A DNA stretch of 63,844 bases, filler included, from Rhabdomonas costata (GCA_019059605.1; 14 parts of 14 records of this genome joined end to end with filler, not necessarily neighbours in it), one strand, 5' to 3'. Counted from the whole stretch's first letter, positions 14,146-28,041 are shown. A program made the numbers and translations. The notes: a model not told the origin generated them from the sequence alone.

Positions 14146-15447
14146 TTGGGGTATACCGCGAGCTGCTCCCACCTGGCGATCCGCAGCCGCACATACTCCA
14201 CCAGCTATCTCAGGGTGATGGTGCAGTCGGGCAACTACTCCGCGGCCTACCTGGACTCTCGGGCGATGAAATTCTTCAACGACTATGTCGCCGAGCTTTC
14301 GGCGATGTCGGACAAGGTTTAGGAATTTCTTCCCTTCCGGAATTGCACGGTTTCAATGCTGTGGCCGCTCCGCCGCATCCGCTTTTATTTATTTTCTTTG
14401 TGTTTGACAAAGGCATCCGTCGTGCAACGTCAGTCTGATAGTGAGCTGTCCGACTTCTGAAACGTGTGGCCATCCCGTTGTGTCAAGCATATACCGAGAC
14501 CATAAAAATCTCGAAGAAGATCCCGCGGTGGCGTGGAGCATGAAGAAGGCTTCCTCTCCAGGCCCTGTGATGCTTTCCCGCGTCTTTCCTACGCTGTTAA
14601 TGGACATGAGGAAACCTTTTTCTGCAGTGGCAGGTGAATCAGTCTCACCAAATAACCGCAAGAGCAAAGCTACAAAGCTCGCAGCTATATGCGACAAAAT
14701 CCGCACATAGCAGACCATATAAACCAAGAGCACTCCAACCCCCCCCCCCTCTTTTTTTTGCGATTGGGGTGGCGGATATGCGGGGATATGATGTGGAGGA
14801 GGAGGAGGTGGTGGTGGTGGTTTCCACACAGACTTTCATGACTCGCCGCAAGTCCCTTGTGACGACTACTCTGAAGAAGCCCACCACTCTTTCCTCGGAA
14901 GCCTCGAAGATTTGGACAGAGATCTCGGAGCACACCTATTCCTTTAACATCAGCCGTGCCAAGGCCGAGGCCCTGCAGAGTGTCACCAAACAGGAGGTGC
15001 AGGAGATGCTGCAGCAGACCGTTCTGGGCTCTGGTATGGATCATCGAGAGGATGAACGCAGCTTTAACCCTCGACTCCATCTGTCAATTGACTGCTTAGT
15101 TTGCCGATGTTTTAAATTTTCAGTGGATTTTGATTTTGTGCGTTGGATTCGCTCTTTGCGCTCATGGTGCAATAGTCCGAAAATTCGGAGCGTGGTAACA
15201 CTACTATTTCAACTATCACGACCATTTAATTATCATAACCACCAAGAGAGCATTCACCATGCGTCGCATGCTCAAGCCATTTTATATGCCTTTCTTTGCC
15301 ACAGGGCGGAGGCGGGCCAGCATGTGGTACATCGGTGGGAACAAGCCCATGCCCACCGCCCCGGAGCCCAATCAGATCGACCCCCCGCAGGTCATTTTGC
15401 CAATCACCGAGCTGCAGGGCTGGAAGGCCGAGCGGCCCACCCTTTGA
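14146..15447 (+). CDS. IDE: Insulysin-like M16A metallopeptidase, C-terminal 3 exons
   Basis: Exons 14146-14316, 14832-15033 and 15305-15447 (GT-AG) give LGYTASC...LRVMVQS...YLDSRAMKF...KKPTTLSSEASKIWTEISEHTYSFN...LQSVTKQEV...RRRASMW, collinear with the insulin-degrading enzyme C-terminus. Confidence 0.88.
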
Positions 15448-16653
15448 AGATTGGGTCGAAAGTGGGAGGGCAAACAAAGGCTGATTTGTCTTGCTAGCCT
15501 GTTGTGAAGTTTGGCGAGAGGGTGGAAGTGACTGTGTATGCTTAGCGACAACTGGGCTCCTGTCATCCCTCCATTTAGCTGGGTACGGCAACACCGGAGC
15601 AATTCCTAAATTATTATCTGAACTCGTACAATAGCGACACAAGAGCTTCGGAAGTTTTGCAGCACGCTTGCCAGCACAACGTGTTCAGAACCTTATTTTA
15701 CCACCTTTTCAAAGCGAAATGGGGAACAAGATAGTAGTTACTGCCTTCTTTACAAATTGGGGTTTACCTTTCATGCGGCATTGGATGGTGGTTGGCTCTC
15801 CAGTTCGATTAAACGTCGTTGGACGTGGTCGTATACATTGCACGAACCCCCTTTTCAGACAATTCCTACCTGCACAATCACACTGGGGCCAACCTCGTCG
15901 TCTTCAAACCTGGTTAGCAGACCACCCAAACCTGGTTAGCTGACCATCCTACGACTATAGTTGAACGTTAGTTTTCTTTCTACAATGCGCCTCATTCCGC
16001 TTAGATTAGCGCAGTAGGTCTTCTCGCCTTATTTCCCAAGCGCTTGTGCGTGCGGGTTGGAACTTCCAGAGAGGGAGAGAGTTAGAAAAGTTCCTGCTTT
16101 GGGTGTGTGGATCAACGGCGCGTGTATATGCGGCTTGTGCTCTGCCAACCTCAAGGTTGATTGCGCTCTGCACGCCAATTTCTTGCGGCTGCAGTTGCGG
16201 CTGCTACCAAAATAGTTTCAGTCAAACGCAATGCACTTTCAGTACACTTTCTTTTACTGGATGGTGCTGCTTGCGGCTTCTTTGGGCTGAGGTAGAGGTT
16301 ATGGGTTACTTTCCAAAGTCATCGGTGTCTCGGTAAGAGTGGTGTGTCCGGGAAACATTGCATCATCTTCCCTCTGTCTTGAAATCCTTTTTGGTGTTGT
16401 TTTTGCTTTCAATGTTGAACACTGTTCAACATTGAGCGCCCATGCTTCGCCTGGATGTGTTTTATTGTGGTGAATATGTTGAATGTATAGGGGGCTGAGG
16501 GAATGAAACGTACCTCCTCCGTCAATTTCTTTCATTGAGGCGCATCGTTTGCGCAGATCGTCGAGGGGTTGTTTTTCGGCAGGTAGGACAACTCGGATTT
16601 CTGGTGGAATCCTAGATCTCACGATAATCACGTGGCTCCAACACTCTCCTTTC

Positions 16654-16687
16654 TGGTGGTGGTGGGTGGTGGTGGTGGTGGTGGTGG
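16654..16687. repeat. (GGT)n microsatellite
   Basis: Near-perfect GGT run. Confidence 0.85.
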
Positions 16688-17164
16688 GAGTGGAAGATCA
16701 CCTTCCAATCCATCGTACTGGCACCCCAGAGATGATGGCAGGTGGGAGGTGACAATGCTGGTTATGCTGTTTGCCGTGCACCTGGAGTGTGAGTCGGAAT
16801 TATGTGGTGCTGTGTTGGTGGCCTTGTGGCAATGTCGTTGCTTGTATGGTAATGCTGGAGTGGAAGTGAAGTGTTATGACCGATGTTCCTCAGCTTGTTG
16901 CCGGTAAGGGCAGGTTGTCTTGCCTTTCTGTTGGTGTTCATTGCCAGCACTCCTGGGTGGTCGCAGTTTCAGCGATCATGGATGGCAGCGTGACCCTGCT
17001 CTCCCACCTCAAGCAGACCATCGTGAACCAGCACAGTTTGGGCACTGCCTGTGTCACGTACATGCCACCCCCGTTCCGTTGAACCCGATGGGCAACGACC
17101 GATGCGTGATCTTGAGACCGGCTTTTTCTTGCAGCGTTTTGTGAGCTCTTTTTCTAATGATTAA

Positions 17165-18071
17165 ATGAAGCGTTCACGTCCAACCGAGGAAGCCGAGGAA
17201 TCCAACGATTGGAATTTGGACGTCAAGGATGAGGAGTTGTTCGTTCCTCTCTCCAAGCGGCGGGTCGCTGCCCACACGTGTGTGCCGTTAGCTTTGCCTC
17301 GTGCACAAGGTCGCAACAAAGTTTTAGTATTTTTGTTTTGGTTTTTTTACAGCCCTGCCGCCGCAGCCGAGTCCAGCAACGGCAATGTGCTCAGTGTTAA
17401 GGCACAAAAGAGTCTGTTCGAGTTGGCCGTGGAGCTGAAAAGAAAGGTGCGAAAAGACTGAAATGCACTGCCGTTTTTGTCAGTTTTGTCCCTTCTGATT
17501 AAGACCGGTTCGCCTCTGTTCGGACGTTTTTCCTTTCGTTTGATTGTCAATCTTCACCGCCTTTTTTCTCTGTCTTTTTTTAATTTCCCACATCGAACTC
17601 AAGCCAGGTCACACCGAAACACAACATGATCACATAATGGGAATCCCTCTGAAGTTCATCAGGTTTATCAAAATGGCAGCTTCATCACTTGCTAGACAGC
17701 TGATTGATGTTTCTTTTCCGCTAGAAAGAAGGCGAGGACTCGACGGTGCAGCGGAACAAGGAACAACGCGCTAAAGGTTAGTGTTGCATTTCCAATCTGC
17801 TCAAGATCGAGCTGCTTGAAAAATTAGACAGATGTGTCTGAGCTTTGCGGCAGTAAGGGAACAAGTCAAACAGTGAGCTGGAATTTAGTCCCTCGTTGAT
17901 GTTTGTGAGTTGATACTGTGCTTTCCTGTGATCTATGGTGTATGCAGAGGAGCAGCTGCTACTGGAGGCAGTATCTGAGTCAAAACCGCTGATGGCCGTC
18001 CAGGAAATTGCTAAGGGAGTGAAGTACGCGGAAAGCATCAAGGTGACTTGGACCCCGCCTCGGGCGCTAAG
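17165..18071 (+). CDS. DDX41: DEAD-box helicase Abstrakt/DDX41, N-terminal 4 exons
   Basis: Exons 17165-17277, 17353-17446, 17725-17776 and 17948-18071 are phase-consistent GT-AG. They encode FVPLSKRR, SLFELAVELKRK and EEQLLLEAVSESKPLMAVQEIAKGVKYAESIKVTWTPP, the characteristic DDX41 pre-helicase segment. Confidence 0.88.
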
Positions 18072-20423
18072 GTGCAGCCGTCCTGATCTCTTTCTTTTGG
18101 ACCCTTTAAATGTTTCAAGGTTTAAGCTCCATTCGACACCAAGTAATTCCGTCCAACTGTATTCACACGTTTGGGAAGTTGAAAGACCCAGTTGTGGCTG
18201 ATGTGCTTGCTGTGGTTAATCCGTGCAAATTGGACGAAGAAATTGTTTATACCCCCAAAACCNNNNNNNNNNNNNNNNNNNNNNNNNNNNNNNNNNNNNN
18301 NNNNNNTTAATTAATTAANNNNNNNNNNNNNNNNNNNNNNNNNNNNNNNNNNNNNNNNNNNNGGGGTGTTCTCTTGGGGCTTACTGGCTCAGCTTTTCTG
18401 TCTCAACCATTTTGCCACGAGTGATCATAGAGGTTAGAGACAGAAAAGCTGAGCCAGTAAGCCCCAAGAGAACACCCGCAGGACGGCAACCAACCGCAGA
18501 GCCGTAAAAAGTCGGCTAATAGCTCTTCGTGTCTTTGACCGCGCCGCGTTGCGCTGCGGAGTACTGTCCACAGCAGCGGGCTATACACTGGAGCATTCGT
18601 TTGCAATTTAGGTATCCAGCCCCGCCCGAGCAGACTCTCCAATCAGCTCCCGACATTTTCACACAAAAGTCCATGTGTGTGGAATGGGAACATGCGGATA
18701 CGGACCTTCCGAGTACGCACTAAATTCTGGCGCTGTGGTACGATGACAGGATACAAGTACGCGCGGATAATTTATTTTCTTAGGCAGAGAATGGTGATTG
18801 AATGTTTTTTGTTGCAAACCTATTTCTGAAAAATGCTTGTAAGCACAACCTCGACAATCGGCAGAGAAATCGTAAATGCGACATTATAGCTGTAGGACGT
18901 GAGTTTTACAATCGTTTCAACAATTTCGAGACGCGGTTCATATTTTTAAAGAAAAACGAACAAAAAAGAACAGTCTAACAGCCACAGCAACCGGGGTTCG
19001 GTTCGGAGAAAGAAAGCGCACCCGCCACCCATCTGCCAGAGCGTGAGAAACCAACGAAAAGTGGAAATTCAAGGTGCTGTGGCATCCTCGACCAGTGGGC
19101 TAACGTTAACGCCAGTCGAGGTGCACACGAACGCGAACATTCCACTCACATCCTGGCTTACACAAAGGTGCATAAAGCCGCTCGTTGCTAGACCTCGAGA
19201 TTCCAGTAAAATTGCCCACAATGCTCAACCAACTATCAATTCACTGAACACCCCAACGTCTTGCAGCTCAACTGTATTAATTGCACATGCCCCAAAATCC
19301 AATCCAGCAGAAACCAACGCAGAGGCACAAAGAAGAATGGGGGGGGGGAAATGGAATATCTAAGAAGGTTCAAAGGCCCCCCCAAAATTGCTGAAATCAA
19401 GAGTGGACCGAAGACAACAAAAAATGAAAATCGGCAAGCCAAAATGAAAAAAAAGGCAAGCCCGGGAAGGGAACAAGTCAAGAACCCGATTCTGACACTC
19501 GGACATTGAACAGATTCCCAAGCTCAGAAATCCAGATGGAAAATGCCAATGAAAACCAATGACTCTCTGGTAATCCAGGTTGTCGAAAGTCCCCTTCTCG
19601 TTTACGCACGCATGTGCGTCGGTGAGGAGGAAGTGCAGAGTCCGGAACTTATTCGGAAGAAGGGCGAATGGATGTAGCTTCAGAATTGAAGAACAGCACA
19701 CATTCATTCCCCATTCAGGCGGAGTCTTCACAGCACGAAGGGTGGGAAATGCTAGTAGGTACTGAGTGAGGCAAAAAAAAGGTGCGAATCAAAGAGGAGG
19801 ATAGAAACGTCAATCCCGGTAACAAACAAATACTTACACAGGTTTACAAGCTTGCTAGCAAAGTCACGTGGCACAGCAAAAGAGAACACAATCGTTGTGG
19901 AAACGTTCTCTGCGTGTGTGTGCAGGTGCTTGGAAGGCAACAAGTGCGTTCGAATTGCCGTAGGTGAAGGGGATGACAGTCCGGGGGGGGGGCCACCCCC
20001 CTACCGGCGAAACGTGCTCGCATCATACTGCGCCAAGAAGTGGATTCCAACCAAAAAGGACAAATCTACTACTCACGGAGCGGAGCGGCCCTGCCCAAGT
20101 GAATGGGGTGAAGGGTCTGGAAAGGGTCTCATGGATCTGTAAAGGGTAGCACCGCGATCACACAATAATTTGGAAGTTGGGATGCTTGATGCTTCCAGGG
20201 ACGGGGGAAGGGGAGGGGATGCACCACTTGCAATGTAGCGACTGTTCTGGTGATCTGACACAGCGCACCAACAAAATGAGTATCATGGACCACCATGGAT
20301 CCCATATCTCAATGTCGCAGCGCGGGGCAAATGGTCGCGTCATGTGTGGAAAGCGAACCCACACATACGCGCGCACACATACACACAAGTTCGCACACCG
20401 AGAGGAGAGAGCGGCTGCCACCC

Positions 20424-22644
20424 TTAAATATCAATGGGGGTGCTGGAAACCGCAGCCAAGGGGTCAGAAAGGATTCCGTGGGGGAAAGGGCTTGCCTGAG
20501 GCTGGGCACTCGTTACTTGCACAATGGTCTCTCTGGATTCCGTTCTGTCGCCAAGTCGGGAGCCCGAGCCCGAGGTGCTTCGGGGACGCCCGTGGGGGCT
20601 GCCACGGAGCATAAGAGTGGTCACCAGAGCTGTCGGGGCACGGGCACGGAACGCATCATCGGCATCGCACCGGGGGCACGTTGCGGGGCCCTTGCAGCGG
20701 TTGCACAGCAATACCAGGGCCTCTTTGGGAAATTGTCGGTACCTCAGAGCCTGCGACCACGGAGGATGGAGGATGTGAAGTTCTTGCCGCATTTGCCGCG
20801 TTCAGAGCGTTCAATTCAGAATTTTCCGTCAAAGAGACCCGTATTCTTCTTAAGTTGCCACACATTTGGAAATTGGGCATATCCTGCACCCTAAGTATTG
20901 CAGAATGGAGGAACACATGGCCGAAGCTTTTTGCTGAGCGTGAGAAAGTTTAGGTTCTGTTTCGAAAATATGCGCCAAAGTATGATGGCCGCTCGACGCT
21001 GACGCTTCAGTCCAGAAGCCAGTGAACGACCGGTGAGGGCCACAAGGGAATTATGAACAGTTTCTAGGAACCGCCTATTTCAAGGTACTTCAAGGTGAAG
21101 AGTGCTCTCATCAGTGAATCACACATCCTGGGATCAGCACCGCATGGGAGAATAGACTGCACAAACCCACCCGTTGTCCAACCCAGGGCTGGGTGCGCTG
21201 AAAAATTTTTGCAGTCGCCCCTCACCGCCTGAGTTCCCCCCACATACGGGAAGGCAGACGGTGAACAGTTCCTGGGAAAGAGCAATCCCCTTGAAGGTGT
21301 GGGACCCGGCACTCCCTACGACCATCTCGGAGTGCATCTCCTCCATAACTCGCTCCAGCAGCGGCTGGCTGAGCAGCACCTGCCCTCCAAGGGCCTTGGA
21401 CTCCACTCGCGCCGCGAAGTTCACCGTGGGTCCGAAGTAGTCCGCCTGCAAAGAATTTCCGCGAGGAATACGAACTTTCTCACCAAGCATCATCGGACAG
21501 CATCGTATTGTTGAACTGAGTGTGGGGATTGAAAATGTTAGTTTATGAATGGCTTCTGTCAATCAAACGAAACCTGAATGACAGTTGAGTTGAAAACTGG
21601 GTGTCGTAGGACTCAGGTCCCAGCAAAAGCTCTTCCATGGGCTGCAAGACCGGGGCCAAAAAGTCACACCGCACACATCACACGTAGTATATTAGATTCT
21701 ACCTACCGACATACATAAGCACGCGAACTCCCCTTTCTCATTTGCTCACGTCTCAAATTTCCCTTCTTGAACTTGTGACTGCTGGGCACTGAAAAATGGT
21801 TTGTTGCTGCCGACCCCATAAATTCTGCTTGACTGGCAGATGTCAGGCGGTGGGCCTCTCAGCATAGCACACCCTGAGGGTTTCGCGGTCAACTTCCACC
21901 TTAGCCTCCCCGAGATGGATGCCCACCCGCACACGCAGCCCTCTCCACAAGAAGACGCCGTTCGGGGCCGTCTCCTGCAGGCCATCGGGCAGCCTCAACA
22001 GGCTGCGACAAGCCCAAACAGAAATCAAGAAAGATTATGCAAGAAATGGCTGATTATTCTCCCGGTTCGAAATCCACATGAACCTCAGTGGGAAAACAAC
22101 GAAACATTCACAACACTGAATTCTATGTTGTCACAATGGTCAACAAATTGAAATGGTAACAAAAAAACCCGTCGACTCCCATTCAGAACGTTCTCTTAAA
22201 CAAATGTTCTCTTAAACAAAAGCCGAGCATCAAGATATGTCCCGATGAGGCCGAGAAGGGTGGAGTTGCGTGGGGCTACCCTTTGCTTCCCACACGACCT
22301 CGACGACATGGGCATCTGAGTACCTACATTGCCCACATGCGACCGCCACAAACCAGAAAAAATACCAGCATACAGCCAACCCAAATCCGGACTGTCAGGG
22401 GCAGAAAAGGCGTGGGCAAAAATTTTTGGATTCGAAAACAACTGAATTCGCCCTTTCAAGAGGAAATGAGTACTTTTCGATATGGTGCTCCCCCCTCCAG
22501 GAGATTTTGCACCAAGAGCAAACCTCTCAGGCCACGGCGCATCGATGAGCTCAAGCTGTAGCTGAAGGGCAAACCGCACCGCTTCGGCAGCGTGAGAAAA
22601 GGCAACGAAGAAGCTGTCACCTATGGTCTTCACTTCGTATCCTC
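20424..22644 (-). CDS. Class III adenylate cyclase, euglenozoan receptor-type catalytic domain (partial)
   Basis: Exons 22644-22524, 22002-21873, 21445-21248 and 20750-(20517 or stop at 20424) give GGYEVKTIGDSFFVAF...LWRGLRVRVGIHLGE...ADYFGPTVNFAARVESKALGGQVLLS...FKGI...CLPALRYRQFP. The 3' end is uncertain. Confidence 0.92.
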
Positions 22645-24420
22645 CTGTGAAAAACAACATTCTCTAGAGACAGCTAAAAGCAACCACAAAGTCCATTTTC
22701 AAAGCCTCCACCATATGACCTGCCCCCCTGTGGGATCCAAGGTCGTGACGAAATTTCGGTCACCATTTTTATCATTCAAAGCTTCCAAATTGTGCGAAAC
22801 CAAACACCNNNNNNNNNNNNNNNNNNNNNNNNNNNNNNNNNNNNNNNNNNNNTTAATTAATTAANNNNNNNNNNNNNNNNNNNNNNNNNNNNNNNNNNNN
22901 NNNNNNNNCGGGACAGTCGGGGCAGGGCGACAGAATTTCACATTTTGAGATCCGAATTGTTTTCCTTTAACTAAGGAGCATATTTCTGCGCTTGTTTGCT
23001 TCTGTACACAGTGCCACGGATTAACCCTCACTTCTCTTCGCTCTATTGTTTGTTCAGATCCCAACATCCTTGTCCTTGTGATAAATGGCATGGAAAGCTC
23101 AAATCATGTGTGCAAATACATATGACGACATGTTGGTCTCGGCGCCTGGATCACACCGTCGGTAACTTTTGCGAACGAAAAATTCTGGCGGGCCGCGGAG
23201 GGGGGGAGGGCACACTTTTGAATGGATGTTAGACTCCGAGCAGTGTCAGAGGGCAGAAGTTGCTAGCAGAGCATCAGACGCCGGTTGGATATTTCAGTAG
23301 AACTGTGCGGGGGTCAGAGAATTTTGAGGGTACAGATCTGCCACTGGTGCGCAGGAATACTTCCCGGAGGGCAGTTTCTGTCAGCTCACCTCAGGCAAGC
23401 GTTGCCTGCAACCTCAACTTCAGGGAGACTTCCGGGCGTTTTCCTGGCCACATAATTGTTGCACACAATAGTTCAAAGCTCGCAAATTGTCAGGCAATGA
23501 AGGCCGGCAGCGATGCGCACCCAAAGAAAGCGCACACAAAGAATGTGCAAGGAAAGAAAGCAAAGCCCCTCCCTCCCTCAGAAGCCCACCTCCTCGCTCG
23601 AATCCTTCATCGAGCGAGGACAAAGTACGCAAGGAATCAAATCAACGCTCCGGCCCCCTGGAACCTCGGGTCGTGGACACGTTTTTGCCTTGACTGCTGG
23701 GGCGCGGCAAAGGGAATGATTCCGTGGTGAACATAAGCACCAAAACCTGGATGAGATTGACTGTCATCACATCGCATCGCCTCCATACAACAGTGAAACA
23801 CCAAATACTTCAATTCTCCCTTCAGCAGGGGTGGGCGGCGGGGTGGGGGACGGGAAAGACGCAGTGAGTTTGCAAATGCAATCCTTCCACACAACAGCAC
23901 AGGGAATGAGCAATTGGCAGCACCATTCTGTCTCCCTTTGGGGTAATGCGGTACCTTTTGTGCATAATTGAAGCAAACAAAACTGGGAGGTCGACCTTGC
24001 ACGCAGGTGACGGAGAGCCTTTTGGCGGCTCTTCTTTTCTCCTACTACAACACCGAAAGCATGCTGACAGGGAGGGCATGACTTCATGAAAGAAAATTTG
24101 GGTGGAATCTTGAGTGAAAAATGAGCGCAGGTGGAGGACACGGAAAAGAGAAGTGGGACTTAAAACTTAAAAAAACCGAGGCACATAAAAAAGAAGGCAC
24201 ATAAATAAACGCGTGAAGGCGCCAGAAACGTGGCAACCTGCTCAGGCGGGAAATTGTCTCAAGCGCTGGTGCGTAAACGTGAGGGAGGTGCTCGCTCGCG
24301 TTTGTATTGGTAGGGTTTCGCAAGTGTTCACATGATACAGAACCTTCGCCGCCCTGTTGCATTCATTCCCCGCGTTGCCCATAAAACCATCTCGCTGCTT
24401 CCTGCTTTCCCCTCTCCTTC

Positions 24421-26985
24421 TCACTTGTTAAGGACACGGAGGATCCCATCCCGAACCGGGGCGCTCGCGGGTCCTGGGGTGCAGTGTTCCAACATCACCC
24501 GAGAGGGCCCGTCCGAGGGCACCTGCCGGGAAGCCTCCATGAAATACGGCCGCGCAGCCTCCAGCCTACCTTCCAGGAACAACGATAGTCCCTGAGGCCC
24601 CCAGAAAAACACGAGCAAACGTCACAACATTTTCCTCAACAGAAAAAGTGAAACTGGAATGATCAAGGAAAACAAGCCCAAGGCTCCCAAAAATGAAAAA
24701 GACGAGCAGCTAAATTTTCCTTGCCGTCGCTGAAGCGACTCGGAAGCCGATCGGACAGCCATTTTTCCAACGAGAGGGGCTGTAATATGCACGCAACCAC
24801 AGTGAACAAGAACGGCTCACATATCAGCACCCTTACCCGAAAAATCCAAAATGTTGAGTGGTGAACAAAGTGAAAAAAAAAAAGGATTTCAGAACAAGAA
24901 CTGAGGAAGAGGACAGGGTTGGTATGAAGTGTGGGGAAGGTTGTAAACCTGTTCGTAGGCACGCCTCATCATCGCCACGCTTTCCGTCGCCACCCACTCC
25001 CAATGCAGAAGGGTACAGCGTGGCGAGGGCACAGGGGGCTCGCTATGCAGGGTGCTCGGGAGGTCGGGTGGTGTCACCGGAGCAGAAGGAGCCCTCGGCG
25101 GCACTGTGCGAGAAGTCAGCCAAGCTCCAAACCAAATCGGTTCCGCTATAAGAAAGCCTTGGTTCGTCTAAACAGCAGCCAACTTTACATCTTCTTTTTT
25201 GCCCTTGCAGACCTCGGTCGCCCCGTTTCTCTTAAACTAAGGGATGACAAAGCGTAGTTGAGAAACTAATCACAGAAAACACATACCTACATCGGAGGAC
25301 CCATTTGTCCGCATCCGGCAAAACGGCCCACTCCCACAGGGGGCCATCTCTTCAGCCGCTTCGGCAAGCAGCGGCTCGTACACCGTCACCACCTCAGACT
25401 TGCCCGGCACTGCCAGGCGCCCCAGCTTCCGGAACTCCACAACCTCCTCGTCCCCCGCACAGCGCCCGTCGGAGGCGCTGGCGCCCTGGAAGGTGCTCTC
25501 GGAGACCAGAGCCACCGTGCGGAATGCCTGAGCCAAGCATCAAAAGGGGGTGCCTGGCGTGGTGTAAATGAGGGTAACGGATGCCGACAGGTCACTACTT
25601 CCGTCCAACTGGTTAAGCACGGGACAAATAAGCGAGACACCCAAGGACACCGATCCTAGCCCTGCTCTCTCAGCGCTTGTTCAGATAGCCCCAAACATGT
25701 TCAGCCCAAGAAAAGCAAACGTGGAGTTACAGCTCCCGATGACATGACATACCATCGAGCCATTGCCAAGCACCAGCTAATACCAAGTAGACCAATAACC
25801 AGACAACGGCATCGTCCTTGCAACAAAAACATCATTCCAAAGCACAGCGCATGCGAAAAGCTTGTACATCTGCGTAAATGAGGCTTTGCGGGTGTGCGTT
25901 ATTGAGAAGCTGGGGCATGCCTTGTTCGCGGCTTCTAGACGGCTGGCCAGGTTGACACCATCCCCTGTGACAAAAGGGACGCCTTCCTTTCTATCTACAA
26001 AACCAACTAATAAAACACCCGTCAACGGGTGCATGACGGATTTGAANNNNNNNNGCGGCTTCTAGACGGCTGGCCAGGTTGACACCATCCCCTGTGACAA
26101 CAGGGACGCCTTCCTTTCTATCTACAAAGCCAACTAATAAAACACCCGTCAACGGGTGCATGACGGATTTGAACCGCCTCCATGAAGAAAATCAAACGAA
26201 ACTCCACAGAGGGGCCCGCAAAATGCATCTTCCACATGGTGCCCACCAGAACCAATCTACACAGAAAGCCCACTCCATTTTCTGGAAAGCTGAAATGTGA
26301 AGGCTAAACATAGGATATACTTGTTACAATCGCTTCCTTTTTTCAACCTCCACCCTTAGGCCCATCACCAAAAACGACAATCCCACACTTTAATCCCCTG
26401 CCTCAGCGGGTTGGGTTGGTGTCCCGCCCGGGCGCTACGACCGATGGTTCACGCGGTTCCTTCGGAACCCCCGCTGACGCGTTTGGAGTACGCTTCATAG
26501 GCGCCCAAGCGCCCGCGCTCGTGCAGGCCTTCTTTCTGTCTGTGTGCTTCCCTTCGCTTACCAACACTCCACACAGACGCACAGACGCACACACATACCC
26601 ATCACGGTATAGGAGATGCGGTAGTCACAGCCGAAGTTGCCAACCATCACCCGCGCCGTGTTGACGCCACAGCGGAACCTGAGTTCGTTAAAATAGACAC
26701 GCTGATCGCAAGCAGCATGCAATAGAAGCAGGCCACTGAGCATGTGGGAATGTCACCTGCATTCTTCTCAATTACAGTTGGAGAGAGTAAGTAAGGGGTC
26801 GGTGGTGTGCATATAGAGGAAAAGGATGCGCACCGAAGGATGGGCACCCCCGGCTCGTTGGCAAGGCTGGCACACAGCCGCAACAGCTCGGCCTGCATCT
26901 TCAGTGCCGCGCGGCACGCCGCCAGCTGGTGGCCCGGTAAAGTGCGCGGGGCATTCCACAGCGCCATGATGCAATCCCCAATGAA
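24421..26985 (-). CDS. Class III nucleotide cyclase of bacterial-like type with a C-terminal TPR-like segment (6 exons, 5'-truncated)
   Basis: Exons 26985-26834, 26678-26599, 25964-25921 (GC donor), 25527-25338, 25103-24949 and 24591-24421 give FIGDCIMALWNAP...RFRCGVNTARVMVGNFGCDYRISYTVMGDGVNLASRLEAANKAFRTVALVSESTF...LGRLAVPGKSEVVTVYEPL...AYEQGLSLFLEGRLEAARPYF...DGPS...*. Confidence 0.93.
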
Positions 26986-28041
26986 CTGGGTGAGGCACCC
27001 GCACAAAAATCAACACTTACCGCCCTGGTGGCCTGCCAACTAATCGAAATTCTCTTTTTGTGTGGCCAGCAAGATCCCAAGGCCCTCCAAAGGGCCCAAA
27101 ACGGGACTAAACCACCGGCAACTCCAGGAGTACTCAGGTACTTCCGTATGCTAACTAGCCTCGACAGAAAGAGGGACCGAGTTTGCAGATCAAGTGTATA
27201 CAACGCCCCAAAAGAGAAGGACTCTTCCGGATGATAGAAGAAGGCTCAGAGATGCAGCCAGTGCCTAGCTAGTGTAGTAAACAACAAAAATACCCGTGCC
27301 AGATCCTCCAGCTCTGTTCCCTTGGGGTGCATCCCTTGGGTCAGTCTCAAGGGGGGGGGGGGGTGGATTTGTTGGAATACTNNNNNNNNNNNNNNNNNNN
27401 NNNNNNNNNNNNNNNNNNNNNNNNNTTAATTAATTAANNNNNNNNNNNNNNNNNNNNNNNNNNNNNNNNNNNNNNNNNNNNTTTGTTGGTTACCATTTTT
27501 TGATTGATGGTAAAATAGAAGATTGTTGATTTCCACTGGCTAGATAGTTATATCTAAACATTAACATAAAAACTAGATTGTGAAAATCAGATAACCATTC
27601 GTCACGAAATGAATCATAACTATTAAAATTACGTATAGAATACATTTTTTGTAAATGTTTGTATACTGAAATTTGAACAGAAAAAGATATTACTTTTTTG
27701 TATCATGTGTAATTATTTTTTATACATTATTATGTTTTTTATTGTACAATAATTTTGTACAAATTGGATGAAGATATTTTCTTTCTCGTTTTGCGATTCG
27801 GGTTCTTGTGTATTTTTTTGTGTAACAATCATATTATAACCAAAATCACCTATATTTTCATTAAATGGTTCTCATTTTATCATTATATACAATCACATTA
27901 TTTTTTGGTTTTCAATATTGTTGTTTTCATTATTCTCGTGATTTGAAATATTCTGTGTTTGAGTTACATTATCTGTATTTTTATTTTTATTATCTGATTC
28001 ATTTTCTTTCAAAGTTTCTGCATAACGTTGTGTTAAGCATG

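Noticed and set aside
18364-18477. 41-bp perfect inverted repeat
   Set aside because: It begins at the contig start, so a fold-back artefact is more likely than a transposon end.
25927-26172. Apparent duplicated cyclase exon suggesting mutually exclusive splicing
   Set aside because: The two copies straddle an N gap and differ by two intronic substitutions, consistent with an unmerged overlap or haplotypes.
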